A stretch of DNA of 64,000 bases, from the NCBI GenBank assembly GCA_951406725.2, contig OX597828.1, positions 49,476,001 through 49,540,000 of the forward strand, in the 5' to 3' direction. This document shows, in pieces, positions 35,873-51,328 of the stretch. The position numbers were made by a program, and so were the translations under genes. The notes beneath the pieces are model-generated. The model did no database searches. It was not told the origin of the DNA and saw nothing but the letters and a program-made list of their open reading frames with translations. This stretch comes from Octopus vulgaris. Its lineage: Eukaryota. The first letter of the stretch is position 1. The number at the start of each line of letters is the position of its first letter.

Positions 35873-37487
35873 TATGGGTATACAACCAGTATGTCTTCAT
35901 TCTTCTGTCGTTAAAGCACAATTATATCTTGTAGTCCTGTTTTCTTTATTAATTATTCAACCAAAGATCTTTAACGCTTTACCCAGAACCTTCTCCCACT
36001 TTTATTATTCACTTAACATTACATTGCTTTTGTTCTTTTGATGTTTCTGGTTCTATTCTTCTGTCTTTACTCTCTTTCATCTGATCTCTACATAAATTAC
36101 TGTCATTCATAATAATTCTCTTCTGTTTTCCTGGTGCATAGCTCACTCTCACTTTACCCCCTCTCTCTTTCTCTCTCTTTCTCCGCTCTCTTTCCCCCCT
36201 CTTTCTTTCTTCCATGCAATCAAATCAACAATATCGATGTACCCACTGGTATCCACTGGTAATCCACTTCACTCATCAGATCGTATGGCGCTCTTTTATC
36301 TAATTTCAAGGAGGAAATATTTTGGAATGAATAAGCAAGTGAAGTGTGACTTCCGGGTCAAACGGATATCATTTTATATGAAGAGTTAAAGCTCCACGTA
36401 AATCAGTCAGCCAATTACGTCACCGAAAATGGAAACGAAAAGAAAGGTTAGAATTGATTCTATGAAAGTCTTCGTGTTGTTAATACAATTCTTCCTAGAT
36501 CTCATGTCGTTTATATTTCATCAAAGATACGACCCAAGAAATTGTTTTGTTTCAAGTAACAGCCATTACCGAAGATAATACCAGTTCTATCTGGATGAAG
36601 ATAGGGAAGAAAGTCTATTAATGTTATGAGATTCTACACAATAGTGGCAATTAAATGAGACACTTCGCGAAGATTATTCTGGTTTAGATAATAATTTCAT
36701 AGAGAGGAAAAAAGTTAAGTTTGTGAAGGAGAAAAAAACTCAGGAGATTATTGGTTTGAGACTTGCCGATGGAATTGGTTCTGGTGGAATTGGAACATCA
36801 TGAAATTATATATCTATCGCATTCATCTTTGTTTATATGAAGAAGGAGGAGGTGGAGGAGGAGGAGGAGGAGGAGGAAGAAGAAGAAGAAGAAGAAGAAG
36901 AAGAAGAAGAAGAAGAGGAGAAGGAGCATGAAGAGGAAGAGAAGAAGAAGAAGAAAAAGAAGAAGAAGGCATGAAGAGGAAGAGATGAAGAAGAAGAAAG
37001 TAAAGGAAAATGGGAAGAAAAAGAAGAGAAAGAGAGAGAGAGAGGAGGAGGGAGACAAAGATAAAACATAAAGAAAAACAAAGATAAAGAATGAGAGAGG
37101 AGAATAAAGTTGAAGAAATGTGAAATACTCTCTCCTTCACACCTCTCTCTCTGTACTGAAATACATGTGTACGTGTGTATGTATGTATGTGTGTATGTAC
37201 GTACGTATGTATGTATGTATGTATGTATGTATGTATGTATGTATGTATGTGTGCGTATGTTTGCGTGTGTGTGTTTGTGTTGTTTGTACGCTTGCAACTT
37301 TCACAAACGGTGTTGGTTTGTTTATGTCCTCCGTAATACAGCAGTTTGTTATTGGCAAAACAGACTGATGAATAAACACCAAACTGAAAATAGGAAACGG
37401 GAGTGGGCATTTGTTTGAGTACTCCAACAAGACCACGATGAAACAAGTCAAAGAGTAACAATTAATAGAAAGCAATATATATACATA

Positions 37488-37553
<66 letters not shown>

Positions 37554-37565
37554 TATATATGTGTG

Positions 37566-37857
<292 letters not shown>

Positions 37858-37889
37858 CACACACATGTGCACATACACACACACATACA

Positions 37890-37956
<67 letters not shown>

Positions 37957-38432
37957 ACGCACAAACATAAGCACATACATGCAGTACAATCTGGGGAAAC
38001 TACTACTCGACTATCGAAGGTAGAGTAATATGCTTTTTATTAAAGGCGTTTAAGATTTACGACAGCTGTTTCGGTAGAATTTTATTTAATGCAGTCATAA
38101 TAGATTACATCATAGCATACAAACCACCATCATCAGATAAGTTTTTAAACGGGTAAGATTTTAAACATCGGCACACCTCTGAACCAGATCTGTGGTTTAA
38201 AATGGATTTGATTCTTGCATATCTACAGTATCTTACCAATACTTGATGCATTCAATATTGGTTATTCCACTGTGAACTCTATGTCAATGTACCAAACCAT
38301 TTCTGGCGTCGTACGAGTTGATGTGCACATAAATACACACAAGGGTACACACACATACACACACACACCCATACACACACAAACACATATACACACACAT
38401 TGACTTTAATACTTCTATTCTGTACATACATA

Positions 38433-38830
38433 GGCGCAGGTGTGGCCGTGTGGTAAGAAGCTTGCTTCCCAACCATATGGGTCTGGGTTCAGTCCCACTG
38501 CGTGGCACCTTGGGCAAGCGTCTTCTACTATAGCCTCAGGCCGACCAAAGCCTTGTGAGTCGATTTGGTAAACGGAAACTGAAAGAAGCCCATCGTATAT
38601 ATATATGTATGTATATGTTTGTGTGTCTGAGCTTGTGCACCCCACCGTCGCTTGTCAACCAATGTTGGTATGTTTATGTCCCCATAACTTAGCGGTTCGG
38701 CAAAAGAGGTCGATAGCATAAGTACTACTAGGTTTACAAAGAAATAAGTCCTGCGGTCGATTTGTTCGACTACAGGCGGTGCTCCAGCATGGCCGCAGTC
38801 AACTGAGTAAACAGGTAAAGGAATAAAATA
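38433..38830 (+). mobile_element. SINE family A, full length
   Basis: GGCGCAGGTGTGGCCGTGTGG...CCAGCATGGCCGCAGTCAA. Confidence 0.9.
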
Positions 38831-38867
38831 ATAAAATAATACACCATAATTCTCTATTCACACACAC

Positions 38868-38898
<31 letters not shown>

Positions 38899-39388
38899 TG
38901 AGTGAGCGTGTCTGTACCTTATGTGAGTATAATAAAAATACACGTGTACGCCCATATGCACAAAAACACACACATACACACACATACATAAACATACATA
39001 TATATATATATATATATATACCTAGACACCTACATGCATAAATATATATATGTGAATGTAAGTGTGTGTGTGTGTGTATCTATAAGTGTGTCTGTGTATG
39101 TGTATCATGTGTATGTCTTTGTGTGCATAAGGTTATATTTATATTTCATGTGACATGGTGTTTGATGTCAAAGGTCACACTATCTCAAAAAGCTGATAAG
39201 CGGGATAGGCTAAGGTATGCCGAGAATTACAACTTGAGTCTCTCTCTATCCAGTGGCTGACATGTTTGGGACTCTTTCAATCGCTCCCTCTTTCTCTCTC
39301 TCTCTTTCTCTCTCTCTCACACACACACACACACGCGTGCATACATATATTCATACATATATACAGGCATACATTTAAACATGCATAA

Positions 39389-39429
<41 letters not shown>

Positions 39430-39432
<3 letters not shown>

Positions 39433-39810
39433 CACAGACACGGCTATGTAGTTCACTTTACAACCACAAGGTTTCAGGTTCAGCTACAGTGCACGGTAGC
39501 TTGTCTAAGTGCATTCTACTAAAGCCCTGAACCACCTTTTGACTTGTGACTGATTTTGGTTGAGGGAAACAAAGTAGAAGCCTGCCATTCACACATTCTG
39601 TGTTTTTTGTGTTTGTTTGTCCCTCATCATTGTTTGATAACCGGTGTTGTTTTCTTTACGTCCCCGTAACTTAGAGGTTCGGTAAAAGACGCTGATAGAA
39701 TAAGTACTAGACTTCAAAGTAAGTAACTATAGTCGACTTGTTTGACTATTTCCTTCAAGGCTGTGCTCCAGTATGACCGTAGTCCAATGAATGAAACAAA
39801 TAAAAAATAA
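39430..39810 (+). mobile_element. SINE family A, diverged
   Basis: TTTACGTCCCCGTAACTTAGAGGTTCGG...GTGCTCCAGTATGACCGTAGTC. Confidence 0.7.
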
Positions 39811-39847
39811 ATAAAAGATATAAAAGGGATATAAAAAAAGATATTTC

Positions 39848-40033
39848 TGGTGGCACGTGAAAAGCACCCACTACATTCACGGAGTGGTTGGCGTTAGGAA
39901 GGGCATCCAGCTGTAGAAACACTGCCAAATCAGACTGGAGCCTGGTGCAGCCTCCTGGCTTCCCAGACCCCAGTTGAACCGTCCAACCCATGCTAGCATG
40001 GAAAACAGACGTTAAACGATGAGGATGATGATG
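39848..40033 (+). mobile_element. SINE/LINE-tail family D, 3' part with a (GAT)n tail
   Basis: TGGCGTTAGGAAGGGCATCCAGCTGTAGAAAC...CCAACCCATGCTAGCATGGAAAACAGACGTTAAACGATGA. Same family as 44701-45105. Confidence 0.8.
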
Positions 40034-40039
40034 ACTTCT

Positions 40040-40400
40040 GACTATTCAATCATTGGAATACAGCCATACTGGGGAAGTAGCTTGAATGATTTAGTGAATC
40101 AAATCGATCGCAGTACTTATTATAAATCTGATAATTCTTCCGTCGATCTCCTTCTTGCCGAGCCTCTAGTTTACAGGGTGTAGACAGACCTAAGCCTGTT
40201 GTCAAGTATTGCGATGCAAAAGCAAACAAACGCACACACGAATACATAATTAGATACGCAAACACACGCGCATGCGCGCACACACTCACACACACGATGA
40301 GCTTCCGTACAGTTTCTGTCAACCAATTTTAACTCACAAATTATTGGCTAGCTGGGGGCTATTATAGAAGAAACTTGCCCAAGGTGTGTCACAGCGGGAA
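40040..40400 (-). mobile_element. SINE family A, highly diverged
   Basis: TTGCCGAGCCTCTAG...GTTGTCAAG...TAGAAGAAACTTGCCCAAGGTG. Confidence 0.6.
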
Positions 40401-40447
40401 TGAGCTTACATGTATAAAGTACAGTCAAACACTAATGCCTGAAATAA

Positions 40448-40738
40448 CTACATACACACACACATACATACACACATACATACATACACACATACATACA
40501 TACATACATACATACATACATACATACATACATACATACATACACACATACATACATACATACATACATACACATACATACATACATACATACATACATA
40601 CATACATACACACATACATACATACATACATACATACATACATACATACATACACACATACATACACACATACATACATACATACATACATACATACATA
40701 CATACACACATACATGCATACATACATACATACATACA

Positions 40739-40769
<31 letters not shown>

Positions 40770-41712
40770 CAAACATACATACATACATACATACTAACAC
40801 ACATACATACATACATACATACATACATACATACATACATACATACATACATACATACATACATACATACAAACATACATACATACACACATACATACAC
40901 ACATACATACATACATACATACATACACACATACATACACACACACACATACATACATACATACATACACACATACATACAAACATACATACATACACAC
41001 ATACAAACATACATACATACATACATACATACAAACATACATACATACATACATACATACATACATACATACACACATACATACATACATACATACATAC
41101 AAACATACATACATACACACACACATACATACATACATACACACTTACATACATACACACATACAGACATACATACACGCACATACATACATGCATACAC
41201 ACATAGATACATACATACAAACATACATACATACACACATACATACATACATACATACATACATACATACATACATACATACATACATACATACATACAT
41301 ACATACACACATACATACATACATACACATACATACATACACATACACATACATACATACATACATACATACATACACACACACATACATACATACATAC
41401 ATACACACATACATTCATACATACATACATACATACATACACACTTACATACATACACACATACAGACATACATACACGCACATACATACATACATACAC
41501 ACATAGATTACATACATACAAACATACATACATACACACATACATTCATACATACATACATACAAACATACATACATACATACATACACATACATACATA
41601 CACATATATGTGAGTGTGTGTGTGTGTGTGTACGAACACGTCTAAATACCAGGAAATGCATATACTCTACCCTCATACACGTACACATAGATGTACATAA
41701 TCAAATTAACAT

Positions 41713-41785
<73 letters not shown>

Positions 41786-41790
41786 AATGT
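40448..41790. repeat. (CATA)n array of about 1.2 kb with a (CA)/(TA) tail
   Basis: Directly visible. Confidence 0.95.
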
Positions 41791-41919
41791 GTGTGTGTGT
41801 GTGTGCATGCAAATACATATTTATATTTCAGTTATCGTATTATGTTTCTGACCATAAAATTGGTGATAATGGTATAATATCTATACATGTTAAGACATGT
41901 AGGCTTACGGATAACCTAA

Positions 41920-41956
<37 letters not shown>

Positions 41957-41959
<3 letters not shown>

Positions 41960-42143
41960 CGCCATGATCGACCGCTAGACTCTAAAGTTTTTATTCTCTC
42001 TCTGTTTATTTCCTCGTGTTCCTTTCTGTTGAAGAGCGTTGGCTCGAAACATAAAAGTCTTTCTCACCTTCCCGAGCATTAAATTAATACACCAGTTTGT
42101 TGTTTACACACCTGTCTTCGTCTTTTGCTTTTTTGTAAATTCA

Positions 42144-42147
<4 letters not shown>
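41957..42147 (+). mobile_element. Hammerhead-bearing short element ending in (TA)n
   Basis: ATCGCCATGATCGACCGCTAG...CTTT-CTGTTGA-A-GAGC-GTTG-GCTC-GAAA-CATA-AAAG (42022-42057)...CACCTGTCTTCGTCTTTTG...(TA)n. Confidence 0.6.
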
Positions 42148-42202
<55 letters not shown>

Positions 42203-42426
42203 CTACTTATATGTATATTCTCTTTTTTATATATATTCTACTTATTATACAACATTACTCTTTTATGTACACTTTTTTATGTACATTCCTTTATGTACAC
42301 TGATTTGTTCTGCTTTTTATATGTTTAACCCTACAGTCTCTTATGTGGTGGTTTAATAAAGTATGTGATTGAGTATTATCTGGTAATTGATATTTGATTT
42401 AGATGTATTTCTCCATTTTCTTATCT

Positions 42427-42532
<106 letters not shown>

Positions 42533-43138
42533 AGAGAAAAGAGAGAGAGAGTCAGACAGACAGTCGGATAGACAGACAGTCGGATAGACAGACAGTCGGA
42601 TGGACAGACAGTCGGATAGACAGACAGACAGAGCCAGTGAGAGTAAAGAAGTGTGATGTAACGCGTAACTAAACGTTTGAGAATCAGTAGAGAGTTCTAC
42701 ATCCCAATGCTATACCTTGTGCGGTTAGATGAAGGTTATCAAATTTCCGAACAGACAAGCGTGTGGAACTGGAGTCATGTTATAGTAATGATAAAAAGAG
42801 AAAACGTAATTGGTGCGTTAAGCGTTATGAAACATATACGTGTTTCGGTAAGACTACCATTATCGTAAAGCTGAAATTGCTCGCGCGTAGTAACGACGCT
42901 CCTTTTCCTGAAACATGTGTACGAAGTTATTTTTATAAAAGTTAAAATAGTTTTCTTTCTATATTACCACTATACATACACACACATGGATACATACATA
43001 AACACACACCCAGACACACGTACACGCATGCACACACACACACACATGTAATTTTGCGTAAACTGGCGTTGCAAGTGGAGTTGGTACAGTAGCAACTGTA
43101 ATGAATCATTAAAGATGTGTTCAAGAATTTTCTTTGTC

Positions 43139-43410
<272 letters not shown>

Positions 43411-43763
43411 CATTTATAGGTGGACTAATTATCTAATATATAGACTAGATGTTAGAACAGATTTTCACTGTAATCGATTAAAATCGAAATAAAACCCATT
43501 ATAGGGAGGTTGTGGTGTACCAAACCACGTCTGAGAAATATCCAAAGACAAAGAATATTAAATTCAGAGTAAAAATCTATTCTCCTCCATACGCACAGTG
43601 ACATCAATATAATAATACCGAATATTAATTTAAAATTTATTTATGCATGGAATCAGATAAGTGCTTTTAAATCAAAAACTCATTTTTTTTTTATTAATCA
43701 GAAAAGTAGCGAGAGATTTCTGAAATTTAATCTATCTGATTAAAAAAAGCTTCTGATTTGAAA

Positions 43764-44046
<283 letters not shown>

Positions 44047-44501
44047 AATGACTTTCTGGTTTAAAAGTCGTATCTGATTTCCATAAATACATAAATTTAA
44101 TATTAAAATTCAATATTGCACCGATGAGATCAATTAAGATCGAAATACTCATATGTAATTGAAATATTATTATGGTTATTACTTTTAAATAAATACGAAA
44201 TTGATTGAAGATATCTCTTCACGTGAATTCTCTTAAATGTGCGGCTTCGTGCTTTACGTTAGAAACAATTACTGCTCTGAAATAGACAGGAATTAGATTA
44301 TCTCCCTTAGAAAAAGAAAAATGGATTTACCAATGAAAATGATGCTTGTAAATACTATCATTTTGTATCATTCAATTTTCCATTCATAAATCTGTGAAGA
44401 TGGTCGAAAAGCGGTCAGACTTGAAGTCGATAGCCAGGAAGAGCACACGAAGGAATGAGAGAAGCCCTTGTTCATCTAAAGGTGGACGTACACGATGTAT
44501 A

Positions 44502-45484
44502 CTGTAAATCCTCGAGTATAGTCCGCCCTTGAGTATAATACGCAAGGGATTTTTTAGGGGGCTGTACCTGTGAAAAACCTAAATCTTGAGTATAATACGC
44601 AGGGGATTTTTAGGGGGCTGTACCTGTGAAAAACCTAAATCTTGAGTATAATACGCACCCCTTCTCGAACTTGAGTCAGGGAGGTCTATATAATGTCCTT
44701 CATCATCATCATCATCATTTAGCATCCGCTTTCCATGTTAGCATGGGTTAGACGGTTCAACTGGGGTCTGGGAAGCCAGAAGGCTGCACCAGGCTCAGTC
44801 TGATCTGGCAATGTTTCTACGGCTGGATGCCCTTCCTAACGCCAACCACTCCGTGAGTGTAGTGGGTGCTTTTACGTGCCAGACGAGGCTAGCAAACGGC
44901 CACGATCGGATGGTGCTTTTTACGTGCAACCGGCACGAAGCCAGTCGGGGCGGCGCTGGCAACGGCCACGTTCGGATGGTTTTCTTACGTACCACCGACA
45001 CTGGTATCACAGCTGCAATTTCCATTGATGTTGATCGATTTCGATTTCGATTTTGATTTTGATTTTCACTTGCTTCAACAGGTCTTCACAAGTAGAGTTT
45101 TGTGTCCCTTGTAAAAATGTATACGGTAACGTCCTTTATTATTATTGTATATATAACATACTGCAAACGTGTAGCCTTTTTGTGCATTTTGTTTGCAGAA
45201 AATAAAGAAATAACAGTAATAATAGTAATAAAGTTTAGTAACTGTTGCTTACTACAAGTTCTGGATGATTCTTTTATGACTTCATTCCCTTCAGGCTTAG
45301 CTTAAAGTATTTTCGTACCCGACATCACAAAATGCGTCTGAATAAACATTGCCAGACAGCAAATTGAGACTCGGACATTGCTTAGAAAATAATTTTCATT
45401 TTTAACCTCGTATATAGTACGCACTAGGGATTCTGACCTTTAAATTTTGGGAAAAAATTGCAGATTATACTCGAGGATTTACGG
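44502..45484. mobile_element. Non-autonomous Tc1/mariner-superfamily (pogo/Tc2-like) element
   Basis: TIRs CTGTAAATCCTCGAGTATAGTCCGC / GCAGATTATACTCGAGGATTTACGG with TA on both sides. Internal ~57-bp tandem duplication at 44528-44657. Confidence 0.88.
44701..45105 (-). mobile_element. Family D element nested in the pogo-like transposon
   Basis: (CAT)n tail, then CCGCTTTCCATGTTAGCATGGGT...GGATGCCCTTCCTAACGCCAACCACTCC. Confidence 0.85.
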
Positions 45485-46022
45485 TAGCTACAACTGAAAG
45501 CAAGAATATAATGAAAAGGTTTTAAAAAGAACGAAACAGTACTCTGTATATATCGCACCATTTTGACCTGAAACTAACCGACCGATGATTTTATTTTTTT
45601 CATTTTTTATTTTTTGATATCCTTCATCCTCCCTTCCCTCTCTTTTGTTTGCTCACACATGTGTGTATGTATATGTATGTATGTATGTTTGAGTATATAC
45701 ACATGGATATATGTATGTGTACATGCGTGTATGTGTATGTCTATACATAGATGTGTATGCGTGTGTTTGTGTGTGTATGTTGGTTATTCAACTGCCCTAC
45801 CCCCAAAGATAGAAATAAAACCTGTATTAAAGGAACATTAAAATATCAATTGGCAAACCCGCTTTTAAAGCGAGAAACTCACGGCAGAGTCACGATTTGT
45901 AAACAACGAATGATTTATGAACCTCGAAATTATTGAAGTGGAAAATTATCAGAAAAGCCATTTCTATTCACGTACTCTTAACTCTTGTTGTTTTCCTGTT
46001 TCATTGTTGATTTGCCTATATT

Positions 46023-46082
<60 letters not shown>

Positions 46083-46169
46083 TGTGTGCATGTGTGTGTG
46101 TGTGTGTGTGTGTAAGTGTGTGTGTGTAAAGAGGGAGAGAGAGAGTACAGGTGGTGGTCTTTTTTTTGC

Positions 46170-46400
46170 ATAGGCCATGAAACCAAGCGTCTCACTGTCC
46201 ACCGAGCCACAGCCACCTTTGAAGACACCCATAGGACCATTTGTGCAGAAAAGAGAGAGAGTGGAGAAAAAACGGCCACTACAGCCAGTCCCAATCAGTC
46301 CACCTTCCCATACAGCCTCTGCAATGCTGTCTGCCCTCGATCAGTTAGCCTGCAAAAGTGGTGGGCATTCCCGTCTGTAAATTTCCACTCGCTCGCAAAT
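46170..46400 (+). mobile_element. RTE-clade LINE 3' fragment
   Basis: RLTVHRATATFEDTHRTICAEKRE...STFPYSLCNAVC resembles the RTE ORF2 C-terminus (FE..R...EKR..RK...F.C..C..C). Confidence 0.6.
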
Positions 46401-46403
46401 CTA

Positions 46404-46482
<79 letters not shown>

Positions 46483-47063
46483 AATCAGTCTGCCTGCCTG
46501 CCTGTCTACTTGTCTGTCTGCCTGCCTGTCTGCCTGTCTGCCTATCTTCCTCTTCGTCTATTTATCTATGTATTTGTATGTAGTTAAACTGATTCACAAA
46601 ATCTCCAATTTTTAAAAGGAAATTAAAAAAAAATCTGAAAATTGGCTATATTAATGTAGTTTTCCACTCTTGTTGCTATGAAGGTATGATGTTGTGGAGA
46701 AAAAAAAATGGAAGTAAAAGTTACAGAGGTTTGAAAATCGAAAAAACTGTATTTTTTAAACCAATAGCAAGACAAATTTTCTGCATTCAGTGGTGTCAAC
46801 TTTGAGTTTGTATCTTGTGAAATTTATAGTTTAGCGTCTGTGAAATGACCTTTTCTTTTTCAGCAATGTCATTTTACTGAGCAAAGATTCGGTTTTCCAG
46901 GCATGGTGACCGTAAACAAACTGTCTTCATAGAAATTTTATTTCATTATTCAATGTTCAGTCGATCCAATTGTAACTGTGCAAGCAATGAGTACAACAAG
47001 CTGTAAACCATTGATGTTTAATATGTTCTCTCACCTCGTTGTTCTGCATTCAGATTTTTGAGA

Positions 47064-47235
47064 TTATTTTGCAAAGGAATGGACTATCAGCGAAATAATA
47101 TATTTTCTTTTATTGTTCATAACTTGTACATGTTCCACAAGCTTGCCGATATCTTGATAGAAGAAATCACTTGAAGAATCTATCAACCCACATTTTAATA
47201 TTTTCGTTATGCTTTGTGATCTAAATTCAAGCGTT
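47064..47235 (-). pseudogene. Decayed mariner transposase C-terminus
   Basis: SSDFFYQDIGKLVEHVQVMNNKRKYII resembles the mariner F...GI.KLV.RW..V.NN.G.YI motif. Confidence 0.45.
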
Positions 47236-47905
47236 GTTGACAGAATATATACAAAGATTAAGTCTTGTATGGGCTGTGTGTTTAACATCAACTATTTGTA
47301 CGTAATAGGTCTAATAGAGAACTATCTCAGTTACCCACAATTAAAGATAGCTGAACGATGTTGTTTATGCGATTGAATAATGTTGTCTTACGTCTTCAAT
47401 AAAAATACAGAATGGGTCATTCTGGCCTGACTTGGGTTTAAACTGAAAGGGATTCGTTGCAACGAATGTAAACACGGAAAAACTTCACGAAATATATGTA
47501 AAATATATATGAAAAATATATAAAATATAAAGACAATTGACGAAAAAAAAAATCTATAATAAAATTCTTATTAATAAATATAAATTTTTATTAAAAACAA
47601 AACACGCAGGCGAAGTAAATCTCGTGGTGTGAAGAATCAACACAACACAACGAGCGAATGAAGTGATACATAAAACAACGTGCGGTTTCTCATGGTAACA
47701 ATTTGTTAATGTCTCGCCGTCTGTTGATTGGCTAAAGTTACTCAAATTTCCCAACTTAGTTTCCAAATAACATCAGATTCTTTAATTTACGCGATAAAGT
47801 TATTGGTAGATCGTAATCAAAATTCAGACTTGCATCGATACATCAAAGATTTTGTGAAACATTTTAACTAGATCCATGTATCTGTCTACACAACTGTCTG
47901 TCCCA

Positions 47906-47983
<78 letters not shown>

Positions 47984-47988
47984 GTCTA

Positions 47989-48036
<48 letters not shown>

Positions 48037-48049
48037 CTCGTCTGTCTTC

Positions 48050-48091
<42 letters not shown>

Positions 48092-48239
48092 GTCTGTCTG
48101 TCTGTCTGTTTATCTATCGATCTATCTGTAACCGTCAGTCTACCTACCACTTTCTATACATACATACATACATACATACATACACACACACATACACACA
48201 CGCCTGCGCGCGCGCACACACACACACACACACATACAT

Positions 48240-48560
48240 AGGGTCGACTTTCCCAGACTCGTCAGTTCCTTTCTGTACTGTGCTGTATCCATTCAATCAT
48301 CCAGGCCCATGTTTCTAGTCCTTTGCTTTGATGTCGCGTCAATCCACAAATATCTTTCCCCTCATTCTTGCTCTCTTCCTCTTCACACTTCCTGTTAGGA
48401 TGGTCTCGGGGCAATGACTCATGGCTCATAGCATGTCGAAAATATGGCAGCTTCGGGGATTTCATTATCGACAATACATGCTCTTTTCGTACTGCAGCGT
48501 TTGTTACACTGTCTTTCCAGCTTATTCTGCCAAATCTGCGAAAGATCCATATCTCAAAGG
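48240..48560 (-). mobile_element. LINE (RTE-like) 3' fragment ending in (TATG)/(TG) repeats
   Basis: IMKSPKLPYFRHAMSHESLPR resembles the I..RKL.YFGH..R..L motif of RTE ORF2 ends. Confidence 0.6.
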
Positions 48561-48718
48561 CATCTGTGGCTGTTTGGTAAGAAGCTTGCTTCCCAACTGT
48601 ATGGTTCCGGGTTCAATACCACTGCGTGGCATATTGCGCAGGTGTCTTCTACTACCACCTCGGCCCGACCAAAGCCTTGTGAGTGGATTTGGGAGACAGA
48701 AACTGGAATAAGCTCGTC
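48558..48718 (+). mobile_element. SINE family A, 5' half
   Basis: GTGGCTGTTTGGTAAGAAGCTTGCTTCCCAAC...CCGACCAAAGCCTTGTGAGTGGATTTGG. Confidence 0.85.
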
Positions 48719-48873
48719 ATCTGTCTACATACCATTATTCAGTTTTATACCAAGATTTCTTGCCAACAGAGAACTCGGAAGGTTCGGCCTCTAACTATGC
48801 CTTTCGTAGTGACACCCTTAGATTCAAGAACTTTTCAGCACCATCTCGTAAACACACACACACACACACACAC

Positions 48874-48915
<42 letters not shown>

Positions 48916-48984
48916 ATACATACATACATACATACATACATACATACATACATACATACACACACTCACTCACATACACACACA

Positions 48985-49025
<41 letters not shown>

Positions 49026-49794
49026 ACACACACACAGAGCTTATTATATAAAATAGGCCTCTGTGTGTGTGCCTGTTTGCTTTTCACACAAAAACGGCTA
49101 CACGAATTGCTTCCATACTTGGGATGCATGAATAATTTGACCTCGGACACATAATGGGCTTTTCAGTTTATTTTTTTTTTTTAGTAAAAATAAATATTAT
49201 TGCTTTATATATGTGATTCACTTCTTTAAAAAGAAGTTTTCCGTTTTCATTTGCGAAACATCTCATTCTCTATTTTAATGCTTTCATTTCAAGCTTTAAT
49301 TCGCTATTTTCAAACAACTACGATGAATTGCTGAAAGAAATGTTTACTGAGTTCATAAAATTTCGCTTGAACCCGCACACTTCGTTAATTTCCGTAAAAA
49401 GTTTTTATTTATTTACTTTTTGCGCGCAGGGGTCAGCTCTATGTATTTGTTCTCAGTCACACACGCACGCGCGTGTTTTTGCATGTACGTTTGTATATAT
49501 TTATGTATGCGTGTATGTGTGTGAGAGAGAGAGAGAGGGAGAGGGAAAGAGAGAAAGAGTGAAGGGGTGTGTTATCATGAATACATACATACATAATAAA
49601 TGCATATGCATACATCTTTCTTGTATGTATGTGTTTGCGCGTATGTGTGTATGTGTGCGTGAGAGAGAAAGAGAGAGAGAGAGTGAGTGATGGCTAAGTG
49701 GTTCTCTCTCTCTCACGCGCATACACGAACACATACACACAAAAAGATGTATGCGTATTTATTTATGTATGCACGTATACATGACAAAACACCG

Positions 49795-49844
<50 letters not shown>

Positions 49845-50009
49845 GTCCATTTCATCTTATGTTTGATACTGTATGTATATGTATGTGTGTGTGTGCGTGC
49901 GTGCCGTATTCCGCAATCGCCATTTATTTCAATCACTCTTGTGAAGATATTCACGTAACTCATTTTTTCATTTAATCTCCATTTCAAGGTATTTTTAAAA
50001 TAAAATGAT

Positions 50010-50975
50010 GTGCATTGGGGCCCTGCATTGACTGAAGCATCAGTATCAGATTCTCCAAGGAAACTCTGTAACCTTTTTGCAATTATACTGAACATGTATC
50101 AACTTAGCAGTCCCCTACAGTTTAGGATGGACATATCGTGAGTACAAGGCTGAGGACTTAAAGTATGAAGTTCAACTGGCACACCCAGATATCAATATTC
50201 ACTTCTCTGAAACAATTTTTAATTAAGCACTGATTAGAAATGAGGAGTGAGTTTTGGCCATGGGAGGCGAAAATTTGCAAGAGTCTGGGCTCTGGACTGC
50301 CAAAAATAAACCGTCAAATTAGTGATATATTATTTCGTCAGTCAGAGAAAAAATGTGGAGGGATTTTCTTTCTTAATGCTCTTTGTGGCACAGGTAAAAC
50401 ATTTGTAACAGCAATGCTTCTCTCCAAGGTAAGGCAACGAAAAAGAATTGCAGTTGCTGTAGCATCGTCTGGCTTTGCTGCCACCATTCTCCCAGGAGGA
50501 CGAACAGCTCATTCTGCTTTTAAGTTACCGCTAAACCTGGTCACGAATGACAGCCCAATTTGTAACATAAGCAAAGGTTCAAGTTCAGCAGAAGTGTTGC
50601 GCCAATGTTACTTGATCATTTGGGATGAATGCTCCATGTCACGTAGAGGTGCAATAGAAGCTCTTGATAAGACCTTACAAAACATAGAGGCAACAATAAA
50701 TCTATGGGAGAAGTTACACTAATTTTATCAGGAGACTTCAGACAGACAGACATTATCAAACGTATACAATTCCCAGTGCGACTTTGCTTTACAATATCTA
50801 TTAATAAAGTTCACACTCAGACTTTGAAACCTACTGATTTGCACTTAATTGAGCCTTGCTTTTCTCATGGTCAACTTTATATGAGTTGCTCCAGGGTTGG
50901 TGGTTTGCGAGACTTATTTGTCTGTGCTCCAAACAAGAAAACAAAGAACGTTGTTTGCCCAGAAGCTCTTACGTA
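50010..50975 (+). pseudogene. Helitron Rep/Pif1-family helicase remnant with stops, frameshifts and internal deletions
   Basis: HWGPALTEASVSDSPRKL; GIFFLNALCGTGKTF (Walker A); AVASSGFAATILPGGRTAHSAFKLP; LIIWDECSM; LSGDFRQ; RIQFPVRLCFTISINK; FSHGQLYMSCSRV. Confidence 0.92.
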
Positions 50976-51038
50976 TTTCCTTCAACATGTGATAAAATTT
51001 ATCTCCTTTTATAAGAGTGGTAAATTTTGTCTCTTCCT

Positions 51039-51328
51039 TTATTACCTCCGCCTTAGCGAAAGTAGAGGTATTGTTTTCAGTCGCGTTTGTTTGTTTGTCC
51101 GTGGGCAAGATATCTCAAGAACCGTTGGTTGGATTCGGATAAAACTGTTTGGGCTGGATCACTTTTCCGATTTTTAAAACTTATTTTTGAGTGCGGTGGG
51201 GCTCATTTTTAGTATTCTCATTTGTGAGAGTAGTCAAGTTTATTTCAGATATTCTCATTTAAAAAATCATCCCTGGTTAATCGCTGGTGTTGTCTTGGAG
51301 GAAGTTTGCGCTCTCTGAGTACTCTTAT
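51039..51328 (+). mobile_element. Short Helentron/HINE-like element
   Basis: TTATTACCTCCGCC start with adjacent inverted AGAGGTA, a (GTTT)n block, and 3' CTTGGAGGAAGTTTGCGCTCTCTGAGTACTCT. Confidence 0.55.

Noticed and set aside
46160-46380. Apparent splice acceptor plus ATG exon (TTTTTTGCATAG|GCCATG)
   Set aside because: Better explained as an RTE LINE C-terminal fragment in another frame.
47570-47876. Another GGATC-MITE relative (TTGATTGGCTAAA...TAGATCC)
   Set aside because: Only the right-end word and one internal word match; I could not find a left TIR or TSD.
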